Assembly: GCA_021792615.1 (NCBI GenBank)
Contig: JAJYUJ010000002.1
Coordinates: forward strand, 20,157-84,156
Reading direction: 5' to 3'
Length of the DNA stretch: 64,000 nt
Origin: a bacterium
Lineage (GTDB): Bacteria > JAMCPX01
Shown here: positions 19,538-29,106 of the stretch, piece after piece
Layout of the letters: each line of letters opens with the position of its first letter
Numbering within the stretch: the stretch's first letter is position 1
The notes under the pieces: generated by a model
What the model was told of the DNA's origin: nothing
Databases searched by the model: none
The model's input: the letters and a program-made list of their open reading frames with translations, nothing else
Program-made: the position numbers and the translations under genes

Positions 19538-21994
19538 ATGTGTAAAAAACATTTATTTTTATTTCTTTCATTGATGTTTTTTATTGGTTTCACCGGCATG
19601 GCAGGTTGCGGCAGAACCAGCACCAGCAATTCGACACCGGCTTCGCCATACTGGGGAGCAAACGGCTATTCTCTGAGCCCGGCAGGCGTCCAGATCGGGA
19701 ACAGTTCTTTTACCGCGCCTGATCGCAAAGCCATACCCCAACCGAGCGAGATGGCGGTAACGCCGGATGGGAAAACAGCCCTTGTTTTGAGCACAGGATG
19801 GGTCACGTATGCAGGCAAGAGCCACATGATAACGGCCATAGACACTGCGACAGACCAGATTGCCTCATACATTTCTCTGACGACACCACCGCTCGGATAC
19901 GAGAGTTTTGACGGTATGGCAGTCAATAGTTCGAGCACGGACGTGTACATACCGGGTATAGAAGCACAGAGGGGCTACGTGCTTGATGTGGGGATAGGAA
20001 CAGGCAGCAGTCTTAGCTTCAAACAGGCAATACCTCTCAAGCCTTACATAACATCCACCTTTGGTTCACCGACGCAGGTGTGGCCGACAGCAGCAGGCAT
20101 TGCAGTATACGGCAACATCTTAATTACCGCAAATAATGTCGCTTATGACGCCATCGGCAATCAGTGGCCCGGTGAAACAGTCTCTATTATAGACCTTTCA
20201 ACGAATACCCAGACTTTTACCTTAACAACGGGAGGATTTTACCCATGGGCGGTAGCCATAACCCCGAACGGCCAGGATGCTTATGTCGTCAACCGGCAAT
20301 CCAATAACGGTGCGGGGACTGTTTCCGTCATTTCTTCCCTCGGGTCAACACCGACGGTTACAACGATAATACCGTTAAACCAGGTAGGCTCTGCAGCAAT
20401 CATATCTTCTTTGAACGGGAGCAAGATGTACGTTGCAAATACACTGAGCGATACGGTCAGCGTTATTGATACATCAACCAACTCGGTAACCGGCACCATA
20501 TCCCTTGCAATGTTCAGCACCGAGCCTTCCATGGGAGGCATGCCGAACAACCTTGCGCTCTCAGGAGACGGCAAGTACCTGTATGTATCCATGGGTTCTG
20601 ACAATGCCATCGCTGTTATTGATACTGCATCAGATCAGGTTGTAGGAAGGATCCCTACTGCCGTGTACCCATCCGGCGTTGCATTTGACACGGCGAACAA
20701 CCATATTTTTGTTGCGAACATGTACGGAGTGGGACACGGGCCCTATATACCCGCAAGCTATAGTCATGTCTATGACTTTGCAAATTATGCGTGGTTTTGC
20801 TATGGCTCCGTATCGGACATACCCCAGCCATCTACCGCACAGCTTGCGGCATATACAAACCAGGTGCTGAACAATGATTTCGTACCCACAAAGAACCCGC
20901 ACCCGCCTGTTCCGGCAAATATCATGAGTGCATGGTCGAATATAAAGCACGTCATTTATATTCTGAGAGAAAACAAAACAACCGATATGGAATTCGGGGA
21001 TCTTGGTACACAGGCAAATGTCGCTCCCGTTCCATGCCCGTTCCTTTCTGCCGGCAGCATTTATGCTTTCAGTTTATTACCTGCATCGTATGGCTGCAGC
21101 AACCCGAACGCCAACGGAGCCGGTATCGGGTTTACCACACCCAACACCCATGCACTGGCGAGTCAGTTCGCCCTCGATACGAACTTTTATCTCGATATCG
21201 TGCCCTCGATATGCGGACATCCCTCGTCGTTTCAGGGCATGATCAGCGATTATCTCCAGAGGATCTGGTCTATCAATACGGGGTACGGTGGTAAGAACAG
21301 GTCAGGAGATTCCGGCGAACCCATAGCATCGGTCCCGAGCGGGACGATCTTTGATGCACTGAAGAATGCGGGCATAACATTCTCTGTTTTCGGACAGGGC
21401 ATGCCCTCGATCTACAATGGTCCCTTTAACAATAATAATCCGTTAAATTTATTGCCTGAAATTGATCAATCCTACAGCGGGAATGACATTAGCGATGTAA
21501 CAAAGGCAGATTACTTTATTAAGAATTTCGTTCAAACCAACAACCTGCCAGACTTTGTATTTATGTCATTGGGAGACGACGGATACGAACCGACAGATAC
21601 CCCCATAGCTGCTTACACGGAAAACGATGCTGCAACAGCAGCGGTTGTGCAAGCAATTTCAAACAGTAAATACTGGGGCTCTACCGCTATATTCATCGAT
21701 GAGGACGACCCGCAGCCCGGCTTCGATCATATAGACCAGGAGCGCTCGTTTATCATTGTTGTCAGTCCGTACGCGAAGCACGGATATATTTCTACCGCCC
21801 ACTATGGATTTGCGAGTGCGCTCAGGACCATAGAAATTATCCTGAGCCAATCTACCGGCAAAACCCTCTCACCGATGACGGAGTTTGATGCCACAGCCTT
21901 GCCGATGTATGATATGTTTCAGGCAACCCCGATCATGACACCGTTTACGGCAATGCCCGTGACATGGAATTCGGTTGGATGGTCGCGCAATTAG
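19538..21994 (+). CDS. Lipoprotein: YVTN beta-propeller plus phosphoesterase/alkaline-phosphatase-like domain
   Basis: Lipobox MAGC; YVANTLSDTVSVID, LYVSMGSDNAIAVID repeats; IKHVIYILRENK, PNTHALASQF..NFY, EDDPQPGFDHID. Confidence 0.85.
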   Translation: MCKKHLFLFLSLMFFIGFTGMAGCGRTSTSNSTPASPYWGANGYSLSPAGVQIGNSSFTAPDRKAIPQPSEMAVTPDGKTALVLSTGWVTYAGKSHMITAIDTATDQIASYISLTTPPLGYESFDGMAVNSSSTDVYIPGIEAQRGYVLDVGIGTGSSLSFKQAIPLKPYITSTFGSPTQVWPTAAGIAVYGNILITANNVAYDAIGNQWPGETVSIIDLSTNTQTFTLTTGGFYPWAVAITPNGQDAYVVNRQSNNGAGTVSVISSLGSTPTVTTIIPLNQVGSAAIISSLNGSKMYVANTLSDTVSVIDTSTNSVTGTISLAMFSTEPSMGGMPNNLALSGDGKYLYVSMGSDNAIAVIDTASDQVVGRIPTAVYPSGVAFDTANNHIFVANMYGVGHGPYIPASYSHVYDFANYAWFCYGSVSDIPQPSTAQLAAYTNQVLNNDFVPTKNPHPPVPANIMSAWSNIKHVIYILRENKTTDMEFGDLGTQANVAPVPCPFLSAGSIYAFSLLPASYGCSNPNANGAGIGFTTPNTHALASQFALDTNFYLDIVPSICGHPSSFQGMISDYLQRIWSINTGYGGKNRSGDSGEPIASVPSGTIFDALKNAGITFSVFGQGMPSIYNGPFNNNNPLNLLPEIDQSYSGNDISDVTKADYFIKNFVQTNNLPDFVFMSLGDDGYEPTDTPIAAYTENDAATAAVVQAISNSKYWGSTAIFIDEDDPQPGFDHIDQERSFIIVVSPYAKHGYISTAHYGFASALRTIEIILSQSTGKTLSPMTEFDATALPMYDMFQATPIMTPFTAMPVTWNSVGWSRN

Positions 21995-22020
21995 AATTCT
22001 GACTATTGAATCTTCAATTT

Positions 22021-22052
22021 AAAGAGGGCGGGTTTTCCCGCCCTCTTTTTTT
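22021..22052 (+). terminator. Rho-independent terminator
   Basis: AAAGAGGGCGGG-TTTT-CCCGCCCTCTTT then T-run. Confidence 0.88.
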
Positions 22053-22067
22053 ACGCTGGTAAATGAA

Positions 22068-22375
22068 TAATCCGGAAAATGCTACAAGGAAGTTTACTTA
22101 TTCCCGCGATCCACAACCTCCTCATTCCCCCTCGACAGGGGTAAGTCCCCCCTTATCAGGTCGTCCGACAACGCGCTTTTTTGTCCCTCCCTTGACGGGA
22201 GGGATGTAAGGGAGGGTGATAAAATCATTAAATATCCGCAACTTTCACCCTCTCTCTGTCTCCCCCGTCAAGGGGAGAAGTAATTTTATATATTATTGGA
22301 CAGCCTGATAAGGGGAAAAGGGTGGGCTAAAAACGAGCTTTTAGTCTGTATTTTCAAACGCATTTTTCGGGTTAA
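22068..22375. mobile_element. Nested non-autonomous MITE-like/REP element
   Basis: Outer imperfect IRs TAATCCGGAAAATGC / GCATTTTTCGGGTTA (13/15); inner IRs 22149-22171 / 22293-22315 (19/23); internal REP-like hairpins; same ends recur at 44870-44930. Confidence 0.6.
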
Positions 22376-22380
22376 GGGGG

Positions 22381-24372
22381 TTATTTGATCCTTGTCCCGT
22401 TTGCTGCGTCCCTGTCAAGCGTGAGCAGGCCAAGATGCTCGGCATCGCCGGCAGCAAGCAGCATGCCCTGCGATTGTATGCCGAACAACTCCGCGGGCTG
22501 CAGGTTTGCAACAATAATGATTCGTTTGCCCAAAAGCTCTTCGGGTTTATACGATTTCCCGATACCGGCAACAATAGTTCTTCTCTCACCGATATCAACA
22601 TCAAGCTTTATAAGCTTATTCGATCCCTCCACCCTTTGAGCAGCAAGTATGGTGCCGACCTTAAGCTCAACGGTTTTGAACTGGTCTAGAGTAATGAGCG
22701 GTGTAATCGACGGATTAACAGACTGTGCTGCCTGCTTTCCAGAAGCAATCTTTGGCTGAGGTGCAGAAGGCGGTTCTTGCCCTTTTATGCCGGCACCCTG
22801 AGTGCCTGGTCCTGCCTTTGCAGGATCTGTTTTTTTTTCAAATAAAGGTTGTGCCTGGGCAATATTGACAGAAGGCACAGCAACGCCCCATCGGGCTAAT
22901 TGTTCAAGGCTTTTTCCTTTTGTGTCCTGGGCTATGGCATTCAATATCTTGCTTGCCGTATCCGGCATAAACGGCAACAGATAGACTGCTGCAATCCTTG
23001 TTGCCTCGATGGTATGATAAAGTCTTGTGTTCAGCCTTACCGCATTTCCCGATTTTGCATCCTGCCATGGCTTTGTCCTGTCCACATATTTATTTGCCTC
23101 GCCGATAAACTCCCATAAGACCGAGAGCGCAGTATGAAACTCCAAGTTGTTCATGGAAGTTTTATATGCATCATAGAGCTGTGCAGCTTTTTGCTGAAGT
23201 GCTGTATCGAACTGGTCGGGGACATCCGGCACGGGCAATACGCCGCCTGCAAACCGCACGACCATACCCGTTGCCCTTGAAAGCAGGTTACCCAGATCGT
23301 TTGCGAGATCGCTGTTGATACGCGTCTGCATTGCAGTGCCCGAAAAATTACCGTCAAGGCCGAAGGGGACCTCGCGCATCAAAAAGTACCGCGTTGCATC
23401 GGCGCCGTAGTCATTGACCAGGGACTCGGGAGAAACGACGTTACCGAGGGATTTGCTCATCTTCACATCTTCGATGGTCCACCATCCGTGTGCAAATATA
23501 TGTTCGGGCAGAGCTATGCCTGCGGACATGAGGAATGCAGGCCAGTACACGGCATGAAACTTTATGATGTCCTTGCCCACGATGTGGATACTGGGCGGCC
23601 AGAAATCTCCAAACTTGCCTTCATCGCTTGAGAACCCGGCTACGGTCAGATAGTTTAAAAGAGCGTCCAGCCACACATAGATCACCAGCTTAGGGTTATC
23701 GGGGACTTTAATGCCCCATTCAAACCCCGCTCTTGTTATGCTCAGGTCCTTCAGCCCGTCTTTTACAAAGCTCAGGATCTCGTTCCTCCGGGAAACGGGA
23801 AGGATGAACCCGGGATTCGACTCGATATGCCGGAGCAAGGGCTGCTGGTACTTTGACAATCTGAAAAAGTACCCTTGCTCCTGCACCCTTTCCACGTCCC
23901 TGCCGCAAACAGGACACTTTCCGTTTACAAGCTCCTTCTCGGTCCAATACGACTCATCAGGAACACAGTACCACCCTTCGTACAATCCTTCGTAGATGTC
24001 CCCGTTCTGCTTCATCCTTTGCCAGATCTCGTATACAACTTTCGCATGACGCTCTTCGGTGGTCCGTATGAAATCATCGTTGCTTATGTCGAGCAGGCTC
24101 CAGGCGTTTTTAAATCTTTTTACAACGGTATCCGCAAGCGCAATGGGCGTTATGCCCTGCTGCTCTGCAGACCTCTGTATCTTTTTGCCATGTTCGTCGG
24201 TACCGGTCGCAAAAAGCACCTTCTCCCCGCACAGGCGTTTAAACCGTGCAAGAACATCCGCTGCAACCGTTGTATACGCGTGACCTATGTGAGGAACGTC
24301 ATTTACGTAGTATATCGGTGTTGTTATATAAAATCCTTTGTTTTCCGTTTTTAAGATCGGATCTCCCGCCAT
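22381..24372 (-). CDS. metG: Methionine--tRNA ligase with C-terminal tRNA-binding domain
   Basis: ITTPIYYVN..HIGH, KMSKS, C-terminal Trbp111-like domain; start chosen at ATG 24372 with AGGAG SD. Confidence 0.97.
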   Translation of the reverse strand: MAGDPILKTENKGFYITTPIYYVNDVPHIGHAYTTVAADVLARFKRLCGEKVLFATGTDEHGKKIQRSAEQQGITPIALADTVVKRFKNAWSLLDISNDDFIRTTEERHAKVVYEIWQRMKQNGDIYEGLYEGWYCVPDESYWTEKELVNGKCPVCGRDVERVQEQGYFFRLSKYQQPLLRHIESNPGFILPVSRRNEILSFVKDGLKDLSITRAGFEWGIKVPDNPKLVIYVWLDALLNYLTVAGFSSDEGKFGDFWPPSIHIVGKDIIKFHAVYWPAFLMSAGIALPEHIFAHGWWTIEDVKMSKSLGNVVSPESLVNDYGADATRYFLMREVPFGLDGNFSGTAMQTRINSDLANDLGNLLSRATGMVVRFAGGVLPVPDVPDQFDTALQQKAAQLYDAYKTSMNNLEFHTALSVLWEFIGEANKYVDRTKPWQDAKSGNAVRLNTRLYHTIEATRIAAVYLLPFMPDTASKILNAIAQDTKGKSLEQLARWGVAVPSVNIAQAQPLFEKKTDPAKAGPGTQGAGIKGQEPPSAPQPKIASGKQAAQSVNPSITPLITLDQFKTVELKVGTILAAQRVEGSNKLIKLDVDIGERRTIVAGIGKSYKPEELLGKRIIIVANLQPAELFGIQSQGMLLAAGDAEHLGLLTLDRDAANGTRIK

Positions 24373-24383
24373 GCATACTCCTC

Positions 24384-25211
24384 TCAACCGAACAATCCCT
24401 TGAGCTTTACCTCGGTATGTTTGAACTTGGCCTTTTCCCCGTTTTCCAGCAAGACGATCACGTTCATACCCAGCACATCATGACCCACGACCTCGCCGGT
24501 GCCGAGCGGGGTTGAAACCTTCTTGTTCAGTTTCGGCAAAATATTGAGCGCCTCCACATACAGATCGTATTCATACGTCAGACAGCACATGAATTTTCCA
24601 CAGACGCCGGAAAGCTTATGGTATGTCTGTGGTAAGCCCTGCGGCTTTACGTGTTTGAGCGTAACGGAGTTAAAGGTTTTCAAAAATGTGCTGCAGCACA
24701 ATTCCCTGCCGCATGGACCGACACCGCAGATAATTTTCGACCGGTCTCTGGCACCTATCTGGCGCATCTCTATATGCGTGTGGAAACGCTTTGCAAGATC
24801 CTTTATCAGATCACGGAAATCAACCCGTGTCTCCGAGACAAAATAAAACAGCGCCCCGCTGCCGTCAAAGAAAAACTTAACATCGACGACGGAAAGCGTC
24901 AACCCGAGTTCTGTTGCTTTATTCTGGCAGTACATCTTTGCCTCTTTTGCCCGCTGCAGCAGGATTTGTTCTTTCTCGGCATCGTCGAGCGTAAACGGCC
25001 GTACCACCTTTAACAGAGATTTTATATTTTCATCCGGCATTTCCATCTCGAACGGTTCCACTTTGACCCTTCCGGTCGATATCCCGTTCTTTGTCTCGAT
25101 GATGACCTTTTGGTTCCGTTGTATTTTTAAATCCGACGAATCGTATACCTGAAGCTCGTGGGAAAACTCCGGCTGGATTTTTGTAACCCGTTTAGTTGTC
25201 ATTATTGTCAC
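24384..25211 (-). CDS. PSP1/RicT (YaaT) family protein
   Basis: RVDFRDL, IEMRQIGARD, GPCGRELCC, SGVCGKFMCCL; canonical tmk-holB-PSP1-metG order. Confidence 0.92.
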   Translation of the reverse strand: MTIMTTKRVTKIQPEFSHELQVYDSSDLKIQRNQKVIIETKNGISTGRVKVEPFEMEMPDENIKSLLKVVRPFTLDDAEKEQILLQRAKEAKMYCQNKATELGLTLSVVDVKFFFDGSGALFYFVSETRVDFRDLIKDLAKRFHTHIEMRQIGARDRSKIICGVGPCGRELCCSTFLKTFNSVTLKHVKPQGLPQTYHKLSGVCGKFMCCLTYEYDLYVEALNILPKLNKKVSTPLGTGEVVGHDVLGMNVIVLLENGEKAKFKHTEVKLKGLFG

Positions 25212-26181
25212 CTGTTAGTTGGAATAGTACATGCTCCATAATCATTTGAGGGCTTATGTTCAGTTCATAGGCAGAACGCGCCTTTTCGAGGGATACGGCA
25301 GCATTTATTATGGCATGAGACCGGAATTGCCGGGAAAATGCGGTTATTTCCTGCTGGAACCCTTTATTCCGTATCAACCCGGGGTTGTTCTGAATAAGAA
25401 CTGAATCGATGAAGAATGACAACATGATATCGACAATCTGTTCAAAATGTTCTTTATAGGTTTGTAATTTAAATTTTTCTGCAAGTTTTACCATAGAAGC
25501 CGGCTCTTTTAACTCTGCCAGTAATGCTATCATCTTTTTTACATCGTTTTCAATGTCATCCGGTGCCGTATATTTTATACCCCCGTCCGAGAGAAAACTC
25601 AAATAATTTAATTGTTCTTTATTAAGCGTAGTTATAGAGGCAAGTATTTCTTTTATGCTTTCTTCGGAAAGCCTGTTGAACCCGACCTTTATAAGCCTCG
25701 ACTGAACGGTCGGCAGCAGACGCGCATAGGATGACGTTATGAATACGATCGTGACCCATGGCAGCGGCTCCTCAAGGGTTTTCAGCATGGCATTCTGTGC
25801 ATGCACATTCAATTCCGACGCATCGTCCACGACGAGTATTTTTTGTTTGCCTTCAAAAAGCGGCATGTGAAGCCATTCTATGACACGCACCATGGTTTCC
25901 ATCTGCGAAGACTCATCCGGTATCGGTACGGTGATCTGCATGACATCGGGATGAATGTTGTTTTCTATCTTCTTACAGCTTACGCATGCATCGTCGGACA
26001 ACCATGCCCGTTGTTTTTCCCCGATGCAGTTTATGGCCTTTGCCATATTCAAGGCAGTAAGGTGCTTACCGATACCCGGCCTTCCAAAGAAGAGAAACGA
26101 ACTGTTTATACTTTTATTCTCTATAAACTTTTCTATAATGGTTATGGCCCTTTGCTGGCCTTTTATATCGAGGAGTGACAT
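25192..26181 (-). CDS. holB: DNA polymerase III delta-prime subunit
   Basis: LFFGRPGIGK, C..CVSC Zn site, HPD, AQNAMLKTLEEP, LLPTVQSR. Confidence 0.92.
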   Translation of the reverse strand: MSLLDIKGQQRAITIIEKFIENKSINSSFLFFGRPGIGKHLTALNMAKAINCIGEKQRAWLSDDACVSCKKIENNIHPDVMQITVPIPDESSQMETMVRVIEWLHMPLFEGKQKILVVDDASELNVHAQNAMLKTLEEPLPWVTIVFITSSYARLLPTVQSRLIKVGFNRLSEESIKEILASITTLNKEQLNYLSFLSDGGIKYTAPDDIENDVKKMIALLAELKEPASMVKLAEKFKLQTYKEHFEQIVDIMLSFFIDSVLIQNNPGLIRNKGFQQEITAFSRQFRSHAIINAAVSLEKARSAYELNISPQMIMEHVLFQLTGDNNDN

Positions 26182-26200
26182 GTTTTGTTGTTTAAATCTT

Positions 26201-27031
26201 TCATCTTGATTTTTTATTATTGAATCTTGAATTTCTTCCTTCTTGAGTTTGTAATCTTGAATCTTTAATCTTGAGTTTTGAATTTCTTCCTTCTTGGGTT
26301 TGTAATCTTGAATCTTTAATCTTGAGTTTTGAATTTCTTCCTTCTTGGGTTTGTAATCTTGAATCTTTAATCTTGAGTTTTGAATTTCTTCCTATGCCTG
26401 CCCATCCGAAAAAATCATCCCTAATCTGTTCGTGTATCTCACCAACACCCTTATTCGCATCTATAACCGCTATTCTTTCCGGCTCCTGATGCGCTATAGC
26501 CAGATATCCTTCCCTGACTCTCTCGAAAAACACCCTATCCATCATTTCAATGCGTGTTTCGTCGCTCCGCGCCGTCATCCTCCGCTTTGCCGTTTCATAG
26601 GAACAATCGAGCAAAAATGTCCGGTCCGGCCGAACCGGTAAAATAAATATATTCTCCAGCACCTTGATGGTATCCAGGTTCAGGCCCCTCCCGTAGCTCT
26701 GGTAAGCAACCGTTGCATCATGGAACCTGTCGCACAGTATTATTTTGCCCTTTTGCAGCCCGGGTTTGATCGATTCTTCGATGAGCTGTACCCTGCTCGA
26801 GAAAAACAACAAAAGCTCTGCATCGGGCGCTATATAAAGCCGCTTATCCGCGAGCAAAGACCGTATTTTTTCTCCTGCCTTCGTACTGCCGGGCTCGCGC
26901 ATTTTGATCACACCGGCTTTTTTTAATAATAGCTCTTTATACAGCAATTGAAGCTGCGTCGTCTTGCCGGATCCGTCGATCCCCTCGAAGGTTATGAACA
27001 ATCCCCTTTTTATCATTGACCTCTCACTCAT
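26201..27031 (-). CDS. tmk: Thymidylate kinase with repeat-derived C-terminal extension
   Basis: FITFEGIDGSGKTTQ, REPG, CDRF..ATVAYQ; tail (GRNSKLKIKDSRLQTQE)x3. Confidence 0.95.
   Translation of the reverse strand: MSERSMIKRGLFITFEGIDGSGKTTQLQLLYKELLLKKAGVIKMREPGSTKAGEKIRSLLADKRLYIAPDAELLLFFSSRVQLIEESIKPGLQKGKIILCDRFHDATVAYQSYGRGLNLDTIKVLENIFILPVRPDRTFLLDCSYETAKRRMTARSDETRIEMMDRVFFERVREGYLAIAHQEPERIAVIDANKGVGEIHEQIRDDFFGWAGIGRNSKLKIKDSRLQTQEGRNSKLKIKDSRLQTQEGRNSKLKIKDSRLQTQEGRNSRFNNKKSR
26227..26393. repeat. 51-bp tandem repeat, about 3.3 copies
   Basis: Units start at 26227, 26278, 26329 (TTGAATTTCTTCCTTCTTGRGTTTGTAATCTTGAATCTTTAATCTTGAGTT), partial unit 26380-26393. Confidence 0.95.
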
Positions 27032-27243
27032 TCTTTTTTAAAACTCATGCGGCTTTTAGCCGCAACGAAACTTCTCATTCCCGGACTTCTGCGTTACCCC
27101 TCTTATATAAGAGAGGTTAAGGGAGTTACTTTCCTCCATTTCTTATCCGCATTCTGTAGAGAACCTGCAAAGTAAGAATTGAATTCCCCTCTTTGACCTT
27201 CTCTCGGGAAAGGAGGGGAAGACAGCCCGTAAGTTTATCTCTT

Positions 27244-27906
27244 TTATTCATCCCGGACGGATTTCAGCTTCTCGATAGCCCCTTTGTAACTTTTCGATCC
27301 GAATATTGCGGTGCCTGCAACGATTATGTCCGCCCCTGCTTTTACCACAGACGCAGAGTTCTGGACATTGATACCGCCGTCGACTTCTATCATGAGCGCC
27401 GGGTTCAACTCGCGCTTCAGGCCGTCGAGCTCTTTGATCTTTTTAAGCGTCGAACTGATAAATTTCTGGCCGCCAAATCCGGGATTGACCGTCATGATAA
27501 GGACCAGATAAAGCTCTTCTATAATGTCTTTGAGCATAACCACCGGCGTTGCTGGATTCAGGGATATGCCTGCTTTTTTTCCCGCATCCTTTATCATTGC
27601 AGTTGCCTTGTGGAGATGATTGCAAGCCTCGAGGTGGATCGATACGATATCGGCACCGGCATCGATAAAGCTCTTTATGTGTTCCATAGGCTCGGTTATC
27701 ATGAGGTGCACGTCGAGCGGCAGCCGGGTAACTTTTCTTATGGCACTGACCACCGGCTGGCCTATGGTAATATTCGGCACAAATCTGCCGTCCATCACAT
27801 CTATGTGCAGCATGTCTGCCCCTGCCTTCTCTACTGCCTCTATTTCATCGGCAAGCTTTGAGAAATCGCATGCAAGTAATGAAGGTGCTATTTTTATCCG
27901 TTTCAT
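27244..27906 (-). CDS. rpe: Ribulose-phosphate 3-epimerase
   Basis: IAPSLL, HIDVMDGRFVPN, DVHLM, MTVNPGFGGQ, EVDGG. Confidence 0.97.
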   Translation of the reverse strand: MKRIKIAPSLLACDFSKLADEIEAVEKAGADMLHIDVMDGRFVPNITIGQPVVSAIRKVTRLPLDVHLMITEPMEHIKSFIDAGADIVSIHLEACNHLHKATAMIKDAGKKAGISLNPATPVVMLKDIIEELYLVLIMTVNPGFGGQKFISSTLKKIKELDGLKRELNPALMIEVDGGINVQNSASVVKAGADIIVAGTAIFGSKSYKGAIEKLKSVRDE

Positions 27907-27921
27907 ATCGATTTCTTTCCC

Positions 27922-28045
27922 AATCTTTAATTCTTAATTTATATTCTTGAATTTCTTTATCTTGAATCTTTAATATTGAGTTTTGAATTTCTTCCTTCTC
28001 GAGTTTTTAATCTTGAATCTTTACTATTTAATTTTGAATTTCTTC
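27922..28045. repeat. Dispersed degenerate copy of the tmk 51-bp repeat
   Basis: 27960-28023 TCTTGAATCTTTAATATTGAGTTTTGAATTTCTTCCTTCTCGAGTTTTTAATCTTGAATCTTTA closely matches the tmk unit. Confidence 0.85.
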
Positions 28046-28079
28046 ATGATACCAGATGCAATCAACCTGTTTTACTTAA

Positions 28080-28109
28080 GCAGGGGACTCAAAATTTGAG
28101 CCCCCTGCC
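28080..28109 (-). terminator. Stem-loop downstream of dsbA-like gene
   Basis: GCAGGGG-ACTCAAAATTTGAGC-CCCCTGC hairpin; weak U-tract. Confidence 0.5.
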
Positions 28110-28123
28110 CTCTCAGAAGAAAT

Positions 28124-28969
28124 CTACTTCAATATTTCATTGATAATCTGCACAAACGCCTCTTCCGGCTGTGCGCCCTGGACGATCCTGCCGTTTATGA
28201 CAAAGGTCGGCGTTGCACTGACTCCGATGCTGTTTCCCTCTTTTACGTCCCTCTCAACCATCGGCTTCGTCTGCTGTTTGTCAACGCATGTTTCGAATTT
28301 GCTTACGTTCAGCTTGGTATCTTTGGCATATCCCTTGAGCTTGTCACCGACATTATCAGGCGTTATAGAACCCTGCTCCTGAAACAGGTGATCATAAAAA
28401 TACCAGAACGAGGCATGGTTCTGTTCATACGCACAATCAGCGCCGATCGCAGCCTTCATTGCCCACGGATGCATAGGGAGAGGGTAGCTCTTGTATACGA
28501 GCTTTATCTTACCCGCGTATTTCAGCAAAAGATCCTCTACCGTACTGTAAGCCCTTCCGCAGAAAGGACACTCGAAATCCGTAAACTCGACCACCGTGAC
28601 CTTTGCCCCTGCGGCACCCCTTACCGGTGAGCCGTTGAGCGTAATCTTGCTCCAGGTCTCTTTTAACGGGTCCTCATTAAGATTGAAGACCTTGCCGAGG
28701 ATAAGATATTTGCCGTTCCTTGATATATAGATATCCTGGGTTTGCTTCCTTTCACCGATAGAAACATTAACGACGGACTTTTCCAGTCCCGGCACCTCTG
28801 ATGCTGAAATATGTCCAACAGAGATTTTTACATTCGCGGGTATATTAAACGCCTTTCGCATGTATGCGGTAATTTTTTCTTTTAACACGGTCTCATTCGT
28901 CAACCCATAAGCAATACCGCTGCTCAATAAGAGCAATGATAGTGCAACTGCCACATTTTTCAATCTCAT
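28124..28969 (-). CDS. Periplasmic DsbA/DsbG-family thioredoxin-fold protein
   Basis: Signal peptide; FTDFECPFC; GVSATPTF. Confidence 0.9.
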   Translation of the reverse strand: MRLKNVAVALSLLLLSSGIAYGLTNETVLKEKITAYMRKAFNIPANVKISVGHISASEVPGLEKSVVNVSIGERKQTQDIYISRNGKYLILGKVFNLNEDPLKETWSKITLNGSPVRGAAGAKVTVVEFTDFECPFCGRAYSTVEDLLLKYAGKIKLVYKSYPLPMHPWAMKAAIGADCAYEQNHASFWYFYDHLFQEQGSITPDNVGDKLKGYAKDTKLNVSKFETCVDKQQTKPMVERDVKEGNSIGVSATPTFVINGRIVQGAQPEEAFVQIINEILK

Positions 28970-29051
28970 ATCTTCTCCTTTTCGTTGATATTCATTGGTT
29001 TATACGTGAAAGATTTAAAAAGGTCAATCTGATCCTTTCGCAGTTTGCACC

Positions 29052-29080
29052 AAAAACAAAGGGCGGCTTTCGCCGCCCTC
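29052..29080 (-). terminator. Rho-independent terminator
   Basis: Minus strand AGGGCGGC-GAAA-GCCGCCCT then TTGTTTTT. Confidence 0.8.
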
Positions 29081-29106
29081 ATACGTAAGATAATTTTATC
29101 CGGATA

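Noticed and set aside
26227-26393. Possible CRISPR array
   Set aside because: Units are contiguous and near-identical with no unique spacers; no cas genes in the window
27040-27235. REP-like hairpins upstream of tmk (similar ones at about 54850-54920)
   Set aside because: Too degenerate to define boundaries or call an ncRNA
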